Shown one piece after another: positions 20,835 through 32,361 of a stretch of 64,000 nucleotides of DNA (position 1 is the stretch's first letter; every line of letters begins with the position of its first letter). The notes under the pieces were generated by a model. That model saw only the letters and a program-made list of their open reading frames with translations. It searched no databases and was not told the origin of the DNA. Source of the DNA: Ignavibacteriota bacterium. GTDB taxonomy: Bacteria; Bacteroidota; Ignavibacteria; UBA10030; UBA6906. Location: the NCBI GenBank assembly GCA_963801355.1, contig CAWDEM010000004.1, positions 1,184,001 through 1,248,000 of the forward strand. Reading direction: 5' to 3'. Position numbers and translations under genes: made by a program.

Positions 20835-21990
20835 GGAGTTCACCGAGAAGATTTGCACATAGCAGGAGCGCCCGCGGAATGTGATAGCATCCCTTCCACT
20901 TTCCGCCTTTCATTGGAATGAGCACATCGCCACGCCTGTCGAGATAGCCCCACCACTCACCGAATTCCGGATCGGGGAATCGATTCCACGTATAATCATG
21001 GACCCGCTCAAACCAGGTGAGGCACTCGGGCCGCCTGGTGAGACGGTATCCGAGGAGGAGCGCGATGAGTGTCTCCACATGCACCCACCAGAGTTTCTGG
21101 TCCCATTCCATCGACAGCGGTGGCTTCCCCTGCGCGTCGAGGAGGTAGAAGATGCCCCCGTATTCCTGATCCCACGCCCGGTCCAGTGTCCGCAGGACTG
21201 TATCGAGGGAGCGGGAAATGAGCGCATCATCCCCGGTGGTTCTTGCGAGATCCATCAGGAACCACATTCCCTCGATGCCGTGTCCGGGATTGATACTCCG
21301 GCCTTCGAATGTATCAGGATGCGACCCATCCGGGGCGACATGTTCGTGCACAAGTCCGGTCTCCGCGTCGATGAAGAATCCGGAGATCTCGTGGATCAGT
21401 GCGTCCCGCGTCGTGGCATATTCCGCCGGATCCAGAAGCCAGGAGAGTTCCTGGATGAGATTCATGAGGATCATCGGCAGCGCATAGGATTTCACCGGGC
21501 GGACGCCCGGAACGATCTTTGAGTATTTGCCTTTGGGATTGTCCTTGCGGCGGAGAATATTCCGGTAGGTGCGGAGCGCGATCTCCTGTGCGGTTGTATT
21601 TCCGGAAGCCAGGGCGTACTGACTGAACGCCATTGCGGCGAAACAATCGGAGAAGATATTGTAGGGTTGCACCAGCGGCGCGCCCTCGCGCGTCAGTGCA
21701 AAGTACCAATTCCCCTGACTGTCGGTACCGTGGGCAAGGAGGAATTCGAAACCGTGCTTCGCGATCTCGAGCCATTGCGGGTTCTTTTCCAGGCGCGTGT
21801 ACAGTATCGAAAACATCCACGTTTGGCGCGCCTGCAGCCACACAAATTTGTCGGTATCGTAGACTGTTCCGGATCGATCCAGGCATGTGAAGAATCCGCC
21901 ATGCCGGTCGATCGAGTGTTTTTCCCAAAAAGGGATGATGTCAGCCCGGAGGGCCGCAATGTACTGATGTTGCAGGCCAGGGAAGTCCAT
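20827..21990 (-). CDS. N-acylglucosamine 2-epimerase (AGE family)
   Basis: DKFVWLQAR, NPGHGIEGMWF, QKLWWVHVE and KWKGCYHIPR motifs. Confidence 0.93.
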   Translation of the reverse strand: MDFPGLQHQYIAALRADIIPFWEKHSIDRHGGFFTCLDRSGTVYDTDKFVWLQARQTWMFSILYTRLEKNPQWLEIAKHGFEFLLAHGTDSQGNWYFALTREGAPLVQPYNIFSDCFAAMAFSQYALASGNTTAQEIALRTYRNILRRKDNPKGKYSKIVPGVRPVKSYALPMILMNLIQELSWLLDPAEYATTRDALIHEISGFFIDAETGLVHEHVAPDGSHPDTFEGRSINPGHGIEGMWFLMDLARTTGDDALISRSLDTVLRTLDRAWDQEYGGIFYLLDAQGKPPLSMEWDQKLWWVHVETLIALLLGYRLTRRPECLTWFERVHDYTWNRFPDPEFGEWWGYLDRRGDVLIPMKGGKWKGCYHIPRALLLCANLLGELRD

Positions 21991-21991
21991 G

Positions 21992-23164
21992 TTACGACCC
22001 TTTGATGACCGGCTTCAACTCGGGAATATCGATCCACTTTCTGGTTTTCCAGGATTCCATGCCGATTTCGGCGAGTTGGACGCCGCGTGCGCCCTCCAGG
22101 AGATTCCATGGAAACGGTTCGTCCTTCACCACGTGGCGAAGAAAAAGCTCCCATTGGGCTTTGAAGGCGTTCTCGGATTCCTCTTGCGCCGGCACGCGCA
22201 TCCACTGGTCGAAATAGTTGATTGGACTCTCGATGTCGGGGTTCCAGACCGGACGCGGGGTGGCATGAGCGGGTTGAATCCAGCAGTCGCGGAGTCCTGC
22301 CATCGCCGAGCCCGCGGTTCCATCGACAAGCAATGTCAGCAAATCGTCGCGGCGGACGCGTGTCGTCCAGGAGGAGTTGAACTGCGCGATCGCACCGGTG
22401 TCCAGTGCGAATGTTGCATAGGCGGCATCGTCGGCCGTGCACTGGTACGGAGCTCCCCGTTCATCCCAGCGCGTAGGGATGTGTGTGGCGCCGAGGCAGG
22501 AGACCGCCTGCACCTTACCGAAGACGTCGTCGAGGAGGTAGCGCCAGTGGCAAAGCATGTCAAAAATGATGCCGCCGCCGTCCTCCGCGCGGTAGTTCCA
22601 TGACGGCCGTTGGGCAGGGATGGAATTCCCCTCGAAGACCCAGTATCCGAATTCGCCGCGCACAGAGAGAATGCGTCCGAAGAACCCTTCGCGGATCAGG
22701 CGTTTGAGCTTGAGGATGCCCGGAAGCCAGAGCTTGTCTTGTACCACGCCGTGCTTGACGCCCTTCTTTTCCGCCAGGAGATAGAGCTCGTACGCCTCGT
22801 CGGTGGTCAGTGCAGTGGGCTTCTCGCAATAGATGTGTTTTCCGGCTTTCACTGCGGCCCGGATGCTGGGCACGCGGAGGCTGGTGATCTGCGCATCGAA
22901 GTAGATCATATTGGAGCTGTCATCCAGCGCTTTGCCAAGATCGGTTGTCCATCGCGCGATACCATTGGCGGCAGCGAGACTCTCGAGACGCGCGGCGTTG
23001 CGTCCGACGAGAATCGGATCGGGCATGATCACTTCGCGGTCATTGAGCCGGACGCCGCCCTGGCGGATGATCGCAGCGATTGAGCGCGTGAGGTGCTGAT
23101 TCGATCCCATCCGGCCTGTGACGCCATTCATCACGATACCGACATGGTGTGTTGTTGTCGCCAT
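21992..23164 (-). CDS. Gfo/Idh/MocA-family NAD(P)-dependent oxidoreductase
   Basis: NGVTGRMG Rossmann motif, HIYCEKP and GGGIIFDMLCHW. Confidence 0.92.
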   Translation of the reverse strand: MATTTHHVGIVMNGVTGRMGSNQHLTRSIAAIIRQGGVRLNDREVIMPDPILVGRNAARLESLAAANGIARWTTDLGKALDDSSNMIYFDAQITSLRVPSIRAAVKAGKHIYCEKPTALTTDEAYELYLLAEKKGVKHGVVQDKLWLPGILKLKRLIREGFFGRILSVRGEFGYWVFEGNSIPAQRPSWNYRAEDGGGIIFDMLCHWRYLLDDVFGKVQAVSCLGATHIPTRWDERGAPYQCTADDAAYATFALDTGAIAQFNSSWTTRVRRDDLLTLLVDGTAGSAMAGLRDCWIQPAHATPRPVWNPDIESPINYFDQWMRVPAQEESENAFKAQWELFLRHVVKDEPFPWNLLEGARGVQLAEIGMESWKTRKWIDIPELKPVIKGS

Positions 23165-23235
23165 GATGTGTTTCTCCAGAGATATGCCGGGATTCACCTT
23201 TTGTTCAGGCAATAGGCACGAGGGAAGTCCCTTTC

Positions 23236-23270
23236 CCCATTGCCCAGTGCCCAACACCTAGTGCCTACAG
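23236..23270. repeat. Short heptamer repeat of the same family as 5017-5086
   Basis: cccattg cccagtg cccaaca cctagtg cctacag, at and just after the cupin stop codon. Confidence 0.6.
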
Positions 23271-23714
23271 TGCCTTCCCCTCCACACATTGCGGCTTCGC
23301 ACCTCCAGGCAGCGCCGGCGCTTCAATACCTGCGCGGGGAAGCGTCCCGCTGAGCTCCTGACGCCAGTGGGCCACGTCACCGGTGGGGGCGTAGCAATAG
23401 AGCATGCGGAGCGGCGTGCCGCCGGTATTCGTGATCTGATGGAACTGCCGTGACGGAATGTAGACTGCCTGTCCGGTGCTCAGTGTGCGCCGTTCGTTGC
23501 CCAGGCACATTTCCGCGGTGCCTTCGATGATGAAGTAGATTTCTTCCTGCTCCTGATTATGCCAGGGGACCTGACCGCCATCCGGGTCCAGCGTGACATG
23601 ACCCATGGCGAAGCCGGCTGCTTGAATCGGTGAAGCGCCACCGACGAGGTTCTGCGTTTTCCTCCGGGCGGGATACCGGCGGCCTTCGATGGCTGCGAGG
23701 TCGGCGACGATCAT
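23265..23714 (-). CDS. Cupin-domain protein
   Basis: GGQVPWHNQEQEEIYFIIEG and YIPSRQFHQITN cupin motifs; AGGAG upstream of ATG 23714. Confidence 0.88.
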   Translation of the reverse strand: MIVADLAAIEGRRYPARRKTQNLVGGASPIQAAGFAMGHVTLDPDGGQVPWHNQEQEEIYFIIEGTAEMCLGNERRTLSTGQAVYIPSRQFHQITNTGGTPLRMLYCYAPTGDVAHWRQELSGTLPRAGIEAPALPGGAKPQCVEGKAL

Positions 23715-23777
23715 GGGAAGCTCCTGCTGCTGGACGATATAATGCGTCAAAGGCGGTGTACCCGATTCCTGCCGGCC

Positions 23778-26418
23778 CTACGTGAACTTCAACCCTAGCA
23801 CAGTCTCCCTGCCCGCCGGAAGCAAGAAATGCGAGTAGCGCGGGTACTTCTTTCCGGGAACCGGAGTGAGCGTCACGCGCTCTCTGGTGTCGAGTTTCAA
23901 TTCTGCTTCCATACCATCCGGAACACGCAGCCGCAGCTCACGATCCCCCCTTCGGCCGCGCGATCGAAAAACGATGTCACCGCGGACGGTAAATGCGGTC
24001 AGTTCCAGTTTTTCCAGGCTTCCCGGCCGGGGAGTGATAGTGCACCGTGCAAACCCGGGCGCCGTGGGCTTGATGCCGGCGAGACTCATGAATGCGACAT
24101 AGAGCGGCACAATTGCACAGTGGCTCCAGAGATCGCCCGAGTCGGGCTGTGCCGTCCAGTTCTCTGAGACGGTATTGTTCAGCAGTACGGAATCCATTCC
24201 CGCCCATCGGGTCCTGAAATCCTGGAGAATGACATCGGTGAGGTCCCCTTCCGCGAGAGCCCAATACCGCCAGCCGGCATTGGCCGGATACGAAAGGCCC
24301 ATCGCGGGCGGACAGTTGGCCAGTACGTTGAGCGAAGCCGCGGTGTCGTCGTCTGGACAGAGTCCGAAAAGGACTGCAGTTGCGAGTGATCGATCACACA
24401 TGCGTGTCTCGCCCTCCTCTTTTCGCCAGGGGAGGTTGTTCACGAAGAGGTGCTCGTTCTCACTCCAGAACGATGCCTGCGTGGCTTCGACGATCCTCCC
24501 GGCGAAGTCCCGGGCGAACGTGCCCCATGCGGCATGACCGGTGGCGAAGGCAAGGGGAGCGAACGCATGTCTGAGCATTGCTGCGGCATAGAGATTGAAC
24601 GCGCACTGTTTGTGCCGCTGCTGTTTGAAGGCGTTATGGTCGATCCAGACGTTGGGGAGACCCAGGTTCAGGACCGGCAACAGACCGTCGGGACCCACGA
24701 TGCGGTGGAGATAAGCCACGAATCGCTGCAATCTGACTGCGGCCTCCGCAACCTGGGCGACGTCCCCGGTGTAGAGATAGTGCTGATAGCAATCGAACCC
24801 GAATCCCACGGCATGATCCAGTAGCGGTCCCCAGGGGGTTAAATCGAGCTGGCGCTCCATCACGCGGGCAAGCCGATCGTAGGCGGGCCAACAATCGAAA
24901 AAGAAGCCGTCGGTCATCAATCCCTGTGAGAAGGTGCTTATGAACCGGGCGGGAAGGCGGGTCTCCCCGAGTGCGAGGTAGGCGCCATGCATTTGATGAC
25001 TGCCGTCGCCGCTGTATTGCTGCCGCTCGCGTCCCATGCCGTCGACGAATGTCTCCTGGGCGGAGTTGTACAGCGTGTTGACACATGCGTCCATGAGCCG
25101 CTGCAACGGTGGCTCGGACAGAGTAATCTCCGGGCGATGGGAGCCAGGGATAGAGCCGGCGGAGGACGCCGACCTGCGAGACGACAATGGTGCCTTCCGC
25201 ACCATGGACATGCAACTGCAGCCAGCGGAGGCTTTCGTAGTCGAAGCAACGGAATCGGTTCTCCCCCTCGCGACAGATGAATCGTGCCCACGCGTGAAAA
25301 TGTGTATTGAGAAGGGCCGGTCCGCCGGGCGAGTGCGCCTCGTGTACGAGGAGTTCAACGACCGTTCCCCGGGGGGCGCTGATAGTGAATTCCGGAAAGC
25401 CGACTATCTGCTCGGAGAACTCGAATGTAAGTGCAATTCCTCCATTCCGTGCAAGCTGGCATTGCCACGTTCCGGGAGGATTCTCGTATATGCCGGAGAA
25501 AAGAGTCTGCGTGTAGGCATCAGCCGGCGCCATCGCAAAATACTCTTCCGGCGGGCGTTTCCATATAATAGAAAAGGCTCTCGCGTAGACGGAGCGCCGG
25601 AACGGCGGCTTCGTGCAGTAGGGGAATCGATCGGGGCAGCAGACAGCAAATACTCCGGTCGGCGGTGGCATCCATCAGGTAATCGGGATAGCTGGAACAG
25701 ATCGGCGGCAGCGACGCGGGGCAGGGGAGAGGCAGGGCGGAGACCCATGCGTCATCGGGTACAAATCCGGGGCTGTCCCACCCGTGGGGGTGAAGACGCG
25801 CGTCGAACTCTTCCTGGAACGAGCGGAGATACCAGCGCTTGTACTGTCCCGGGGGCCAGCTGGTTGCCAGATGGCATTGCCACTGCTGATCGGTAGTGAG
25901 TGTCAGCGTCGATCCATCAGTACATTCTATAGAGAGAGTGCAGATGAATCCCGGCTTTCCGATGGGATGCGTGCCGTCGCCGTGGCCGTACGACAGTACG
26001 GTCACGGCAATGACGTTTTCGCCCTGTGTGAGTACTTCACCGAGATCGAGCGGATCGACTTCCATGCGTCGCGGATCCGCCGGGGCAGGCCCCCACTGGA
26101 CGCGGCGTCCGTTGACGGTGAGGAGATAGCGGCTGTCTGCAGCGATCCATCCGTCAGCCTTGCGTACCGGGAGCGGAAGAGGCGTACAGTACGCCGGAAG
26201 AGGATTACCGTATTGGGCAACGTCCGTGTCGAGGGATACCAGATCCAGGACGCAGGGGCGAGGTCGAGACGGTGGTGTTGTGGGGGAAGCTGGAGTGGCG
26301 TGCTGCCGGGCAGAGTATCCGGCGACGGTGCAGTGTCCGTCGTGGCGATGGATGGCATAAGTCCGAGGGCAGCGCCCGCGCCTGCAGTCTGTTTAAGGAA
26401 ATCACGTCGGTCGGTCAT
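23778..26418 (-). CDS. Tat-exported GH78 alpha-L-rhamnosidase-like protein (frameshifts near 26170, 25570 and 25150)
   Basis: Tat leader MTDRRDFLK; WIW...FRR, ADSRYLLTVNG, EEFDARL, DGMGRERQQYSGD and SHCA...GIKPTAPGF segments spread over four ORFs. Confidence 0.85.
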
Positions 26419-26440
26419 AGAGAAAGGCCGCTAATTGTTC

Positions 26441-26469
26441 AGTATGGAGGAAAGTGATGACAATGTCAA
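26441..26469 (-). promoter_or_regulatory. Sigma70-type promoter for the leftward operon
   Basis: Minus strand TTGACA (26469-26464), 17 bp spacer, CATACT (26446-26441). The palindrome TGACAATGTCA (26458-26468) overlaps the -35. Confidence 0.7.
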
Positions 26470-26501
26470 GACATGCGCGGTGCTCTTTTTGCACAAAGGA
26501 C

Positions 26502-26530
26502 TTGACAGGCACAAAAAAATGCTGTATACT
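26502..26530 (+). promoter_or_regulatory. Sigma70-type promoter for the rightward operon
   Basis: TTGACA (26502-26507), 17 bp spacer, TATACT (26525-26530). Confidence 0.8.
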
Positions 26531-26801
26531 CCAAAGGTAAAACACCATTCACATAGTAAAACAGCTGCGTGGTGAATACTGCCACCGTCGTTTCCCATCC
26601 TGTCTGTCGGCTGTTGGTGGTGTTGGTGTAATTCTCCTATCTTCTTTCTCAACGCGTTATTTCACAACTTGCGGCGTTCACTCGGTGATCTCCGGATCAT
26701 GTGGTAGAATCCTCAAGGGGAGTTCCCAACACGGATCGGTGGTGGCTTCTCACACTTCGTTTGCTTTTCCCACACAAACAACACTCCAAAGGAGGAGCGA
26801 C

Positions 26802-29767
26802 ATGAGGCAACTATGGTACAAGTTTCTGTCCGTAGCCTTGCTGACTGTTGTGGTGTCAGTAAGTCTCGTACTTGCCGGGAACGGTAAGATCTCCGGCACG
26901 GTCAAAGGAGCGGACGGTGCCGCAGTCGTGGGGGCGAACATCATCCTGGAAGGGACGATGATGGGAGGGTCGGCTGATGTCAACGGCAATTACTTTGTAT
27001 TGAACGTTCCGCCTGGAACCTACAGGGTGCGCGGATCTGCCGTGGGCTACACGCCGAAAGTGCTGACGGGCGTGCGCGTTGGGTCCGACCAGATCGTGAA
27101 CGTCAACTTCACGCTGGAATCGGAGACGGTCGGCATTTCGGAAGTCGTGATCGAAGCAACACGCCCGCCGGTGGACAAAAGCCAGACGTCGGCGAAGTCC
27201 ACAATGAGCGGTGACGACTTTACAACGCTGCCGATTTCAGACGTCTCGTCGCTGGTGGCCACGTCGGCCTCCACGTTCAAGGGATTCGTCCGTGGAGGGA
27301 AGACGTTCGAGACGAAGACGATTGTCGAAGGTATCGACATGACGGACCAGTTCTATGCTGCTGCCGCTGATGCCGGAGGTCTTGCATTCGGGTCCGGTGG
27401 CGGGTTCACTTCGGCCATGAGCTACAATGGCATCAACCGTCAGACAGAGAGCCAGCGGGCTTCTCTGGTCAACCTGAACGTCTCCGCCGTGGAGGAAGCG
27501 AACCTCGTGACGGGCGGTGTCGGCGCGGACTACAGCAACGCGACCGCAGGTGTGGTGGCGTATTCGCTCCGTGACGCCCGCGAGGCGTTCAATGGGCGTG
27601 TGGATGTGCGCGTCAGCCAGATGGGCGGTCTGCATTACAAAGGGCCGGACCTGTACTGGGACCAGGGCATCTACTATGCGGAGAAAGCTCGTCTATTGGC
27701 GAACGCATCGGCAATAGAACGGGAGAAGGGTGGAAGGTTCACGTGGACCCCGGACAAATACGAGACCGGCAAGCCGGAATACAAGGCGGAAGTGGCTCTC
27801 GGGTCGAAGTTCGGGGAAGGTGGAGGTGCCTACCTGACACTGGGGTGGTTCGATTCTCACGGGCGTCTTCCGGCTGAGTTTACCCGCCGGGCGAACGCCA
27901 CGCTGAAAGTGAACTCGAACCTCACTGATAATCTCAAACTCAGCTTCATCGGTCTTGTGGAAGATCGGGGCAAGCTGCTTGGATGGAAGAACCGCAGCTA
28001 CATGGACGACTTCCGCTATTTCCTGGAGGGTGTCCCGCGGTCGGACGGTGCCAACTTCACCGGTTCGGTCCGGCTGACGTACATTATCTCCCCCTCCTCG
28101 TATGCTGAGTTTCAGATCAGCGGCGTGACAGATAATTCCCGTCGCGGCTTTTCTGACGACAACAATGACGGCTGGTGCTGACCTGTATGAAGACGGTGAT
28201 TTCCTCGAATTCGCCGACACCGCCCAGGTGAACAGGTATCAGGCGAATAATTCGAACTCTCAAATGTGGAAATTCTTCTCTCCCTCGCCAAGGAATGAGT
28301 CGTACAGCGAGAGCGGAGTGACGATGTCCGGTGCTGCAAACTGGAAGATTGCCCGCCCCGGCATCTACTATGAGGATTTCACGAACAGCAACGTGACCGT
28401 GAAAGGTGACTTCACCAGTCAGGTCACACAAAACCATCAGCTCCGTGGCGGTCTGCAGGCCCGGATGCACAATTTCGACATGATCCGCCGTGCCGGCTTC
28501 ATCGGCGGCAACGTTTCTTCGTACAAGAACTACGTGGAAGAGACCTGGAACCTCAAGCCGAACGAATACGGCGGATACCTGCAGGACAGGATGGAATACG
28601 CCGGATTGATCATCAACCTCGGCTTCCGTGTGGACGCTCTTGATCTTGCTGCAGCCGACTGGGCGAATTTCTTCAAGCCCTACACGCTCGGTGACAGAAG
28701 AGGGAGGCGGCCAGGCATTGGTTTCGGTGCGCGGTCCGAATGCAAAGATGAAGTGGTTCTTCTCTCCGCGCCTGGGTGTGTCTCACCCCATCAGCGACCG
28801 GGCAGCCGTGTACTTCTCTTTCTCACAGCAGAACCAGTCGCAGCCCTTCTCAAGATTGTACACATACTACAACCAGTGGGGGAACCCCTCGCTTGCTCAA
28901 CTCCCGAGAGTGGACCAGGACCCGATCAAGTCCACCAGCTACGAACTCGGCGTGCAGTATGCACTCTTCGAGAACTTCAGTCTGGATGTGAACGCGTACT
29001 ACAAAGACATCCAGAATTACGGGTACACCACGATAGTCGTGACTCCGCGAAGCACTCTTGCAAAGCTCTACTACATCAACACGAATTTCGGCTATGCAGA
29101 CTCCCGCGGTGTGGAGTTGACGCTGCGGCGGAATGCCGTGCCGGTGACGGATTGGCTGACTGTGGGAGGGCGCGTAAGCTACGCATACAGTTACATAAAG
29201 CAGTCCGTGCCGCTGGGGACAAGAACGTCACCTCCTACGGATTGGCTGACAGCGCCGAATACGATGGCAGTTTGCCTTTTGATGACATCAAGTACTGGAA
29301 CACCATCGAGCAGCACGTGAATGGTGGCAACACCAGTCTGACGGGAGGCTACGATCGTGCGCACCGCGTCGGGTTCAATGTGTTCTTCCGCGTTCCGTAT
29401 GATATCATGTTGAGCGCCGTGGGGACGCTTCAGAGCGGATTCTACTACCCGCTCACGCTGGCGGATCCCCGTTCGCGTGAAGTTGGTGAAGGCCCGTGGA
29501 CCAAGAGGGTGGACCTGCGCCTCGAAAAGGGTTTCAAAATTGGAGCGAGTCGGTTCGCACTCTATGTCGACCTCATGAATGCATTCAACTGGACCAGCAT
29601 CGTTGCATACCAGCAGTCGTCGACTGCGACGGTCCCGCAGATCGCGTGGGAAAAGAGACGGGGATCCGACAGGTGGACCGACGATCCAGCGCTCGGTCAC
29701 TCAGGACGGATCGACCGTGTATGACGTCCCGCGTGAGATCTACTTTGGCGTGAGTTACCAGTTCTAG
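26802..29767 (+). CDS. TonB-dependent receptor with N-terminal carboxypeptidase-regulatory-like domain (frameshifts near 28175, 28690, 29215 and 29655)
   Basis: AAGGAGG RBS and signal peptide; GKISGTV...GANI...GNYFVLNVPPGTY; plug (VRGG, GGVGADYSNATAGVV); barrel segments YLQDRMEY, FSPRLGVSHPI, YELG and YYKDI; C-terminal PREIYFGVSYQF. Confidence 0.9.
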
Positions 29768-29816
29768 GGTCTCTCTTGGACCAACAACAACAATACGAAT
29801 CATGAGGGTTTGGAAA

Positions 29817-32328
29817 ATGAACATCATAAACTTTGGACGTAAGGTAGGGACCCTGGGACGAGGATTCGCCGTGCTCTGTCTCCTCGTTCTCGGGATGACC
29901 GTCGCCCTGTATGGTCAACCCCTGCAGAACGCAACGTCAGGTGTTATGATTCCGGCCAACGGTGATGGCGTGATGATTGGCGGGAACCTGTGGGAATCCT
30001 TCCAGGCGGCCAACACCGTGGGCCCCCAGTACTGGGAGGGAGCCAAGGAAATGACAGAACGATCGGTCAGATTGGGGAATTTTGACCGCTCGTGGTCAAC
30101 GCCGACCATCATGTGGCCGGGCGGATGGACCAACTCCAACATCTGGGGCATGGCGATGTACATCTCTACATACGATCCTGACCCCACATTCAACCCGGCC
30201 ACCATCGGTGGCGCCACCAACCCGTCGTACTACTCCACTTCCGGGAATAACTATGCGATGGCTGCTTATGCCAACAAGCCCGCAAAGACTCCTCCCCGTG
30301 TCGTGCTGGGAGCCGGTGACCCGGCCCGCGACTACAGACGCGAAACAAAGTGGGTGGATGCGACGAAACGGCATCATACGTTGTATGAAGCAGGGTGGCC
30401 CACGACGATCGGCGTGGACGTCAAGATTGATGTCCACCAATACAGCCTGCGCTGGAACGCGATGAGTGATTTCATCATCATGAACGTCACGATGACGAAC
30501 ACGGGGAATGTAGACCTGAACTGTGACGGCGTTGCCGAAAGGACAAACAACGTCATCAAAGCTCTCGCGCTGGTCATGGATTGCGAATTGGGCTTCTCCG
30601 CCCGATTGGGCACCAACGCCGGCCGTGGTTCCGCCTGGGGAATCTCCCGGCGCGTTGCAGGATACATCGGTGACAACGACCCGAAAGGGAACCCCTGGGC
30701 AACGACGGTGATCTACCCCGGGGAAAGCGGTCCCAATGTCAACGACATGGGGATCAATGACAACCCGTTGAGGTTCTACACGGATGTACAGAACGGATGG
30801 ACCTGGCTTGGTGCAAAGGATGCTACAGGCAACCCGAAGAAGACCATTTACGGGACTGATGCCGTCGGTACCGGAACCCAACGTGGTTGGTATACCTCAG
30901 CAGGTGTCGCTCGCGGCCTCGGGCTTGGGTACGGGGATCCGAGAGGCACACACATCCTGTTCCATGGGGACCTGGTACAAAGACGGCGGCAGGGGCCGGA
31001 GCTCATCGGCTCTCGATCTGAGCCCGAACCCGAATTTCTTTGCCTCCGGCACAACCGGCGACCCGACATCGTTCGTGCCAAAGGCTTCTCCATCGAGGCC
31101 GAACGGAGACCGCAAACTCCTGTCGCTGGAAGACCCTTCCGCATTCGAAGAAATCACGCATGAACCGAACTGGACAATCGGCTACACGCAGCACAACAAC
31201 TTCGACGGCAACACGTACCACGGCCTCGGGCCCTTCAGCCTCGCGGTAGGCGAGACGATGACGGTGACGTTCGTCGAGATGGGCGGATTCCGGTTGCAGG
31301 GAGTGCTCAATGCCCTTGCGGCAGCGCGCTATGTGTATGAAAACGGCGATGCCTTCCTGGACAACTATCCGGCCGTGCCGGAGATCCGGATCGACTCGAA
31401 GGCCCCGGGTATTCCCGTCCTTCGCTGGGACAACCGTGCAGAGAGCGGGCCGAATTTCGGCGGCTACAAGATCTACCGTGCGTCGCAGGCAGTCCCGATC
31501 GACTGGACAAAGACAGGCATGCGCGTGGTCGATGATTACTGGAAGAGCATGACTCCCGGACCGACACCTGAGAATCTGAAGGTGCCGATGAACCCCGATT
31601 TCAAGGCATTCGACTATATCGCGGGGAAGAGAGGTGTTCCGGACAGCTGGGGACCCTATGACCTGGTCAAGGTGATTCCGGCAGCCCAGGCCGGCAGCTT
31701 CGCCGACAACTCGGCCAGCGGGTACAATTATTCCTGGATGGACAATGAAGCACCATTCGGCTTCAAATTCTGGTACTATGTTGCCGCCTATACCAACACA
31801 GGGATGACTCTGAATTCTTCCTATGCTGGTTACAAGCCGGCCAGCACAGAATTCGTGGAGACAGCGAAAATAAACGAGAATGGCGCGTCAGGATTGTGGG
31901 CGAACACCTATCCATTCGCGTTCCTGAACGTGGATTGGCCAAAGACCGCCGAAGGTTTGAAGAATATGGGTGCCGCCATAGCAGTGGAACGGACCCCCAT
32001 GACGCTTGCCGATTTGCAGAACGGCGTGGTCAAGATAAGCTGCAAGCCCAATCCGTACAAAAAGAAGGCGCTCTTTGACAATGCTCTGGACGCGTCGGAC
32101 CACAAGGTGGTATTCTACAATCTGCCGACCGAGGCAAAAATCACTATCGTGGACGTGGCAGGACAGATAATACAGGAGCTGAACTTCAAGTCCACCGGCC
32201 CCAGCAACGGCACGATTTACTGGAACCTCTTCTCGAAGAACGGCATCGAGGTCGCCAGTGGACTGTACATCTGGGTGGCCGAGTATGAAGGCGGCAAGCA
32301 GGTCGGATATCTCACCATCATGCGCTGA
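29817..32328 (+). CDS. Large secreted protein with a T9SS-type C-terminal sorting domain (frameshift near 30958)
   Basis: Signal peptide; Fn3-like LRWD...FGGYKIYR...WYYVAAY segment; CTD KPNPY...FYNLP...ITIVDVAGQII...WNL...G.EVASGLYIW...VGYLTIMR. Confidence 0.8.
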
Positions 32329-32361
32329 CGATAACAACGTAAACACGAAAAGGCTTATGCC

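Noticed and set aside
26802-29767. Programmed frameshifting or phase variation of the TBDR
   Set aside because: Four shifts without long slippery tracts, and similar indels in unrelated neighbours; sequencing error is simpler.
29817-32328. SusD/RagB homolog
   Set aside because: No lipobox Cys, no TPR-like helical pattern; beta-rich with a T9SS-type CTD.
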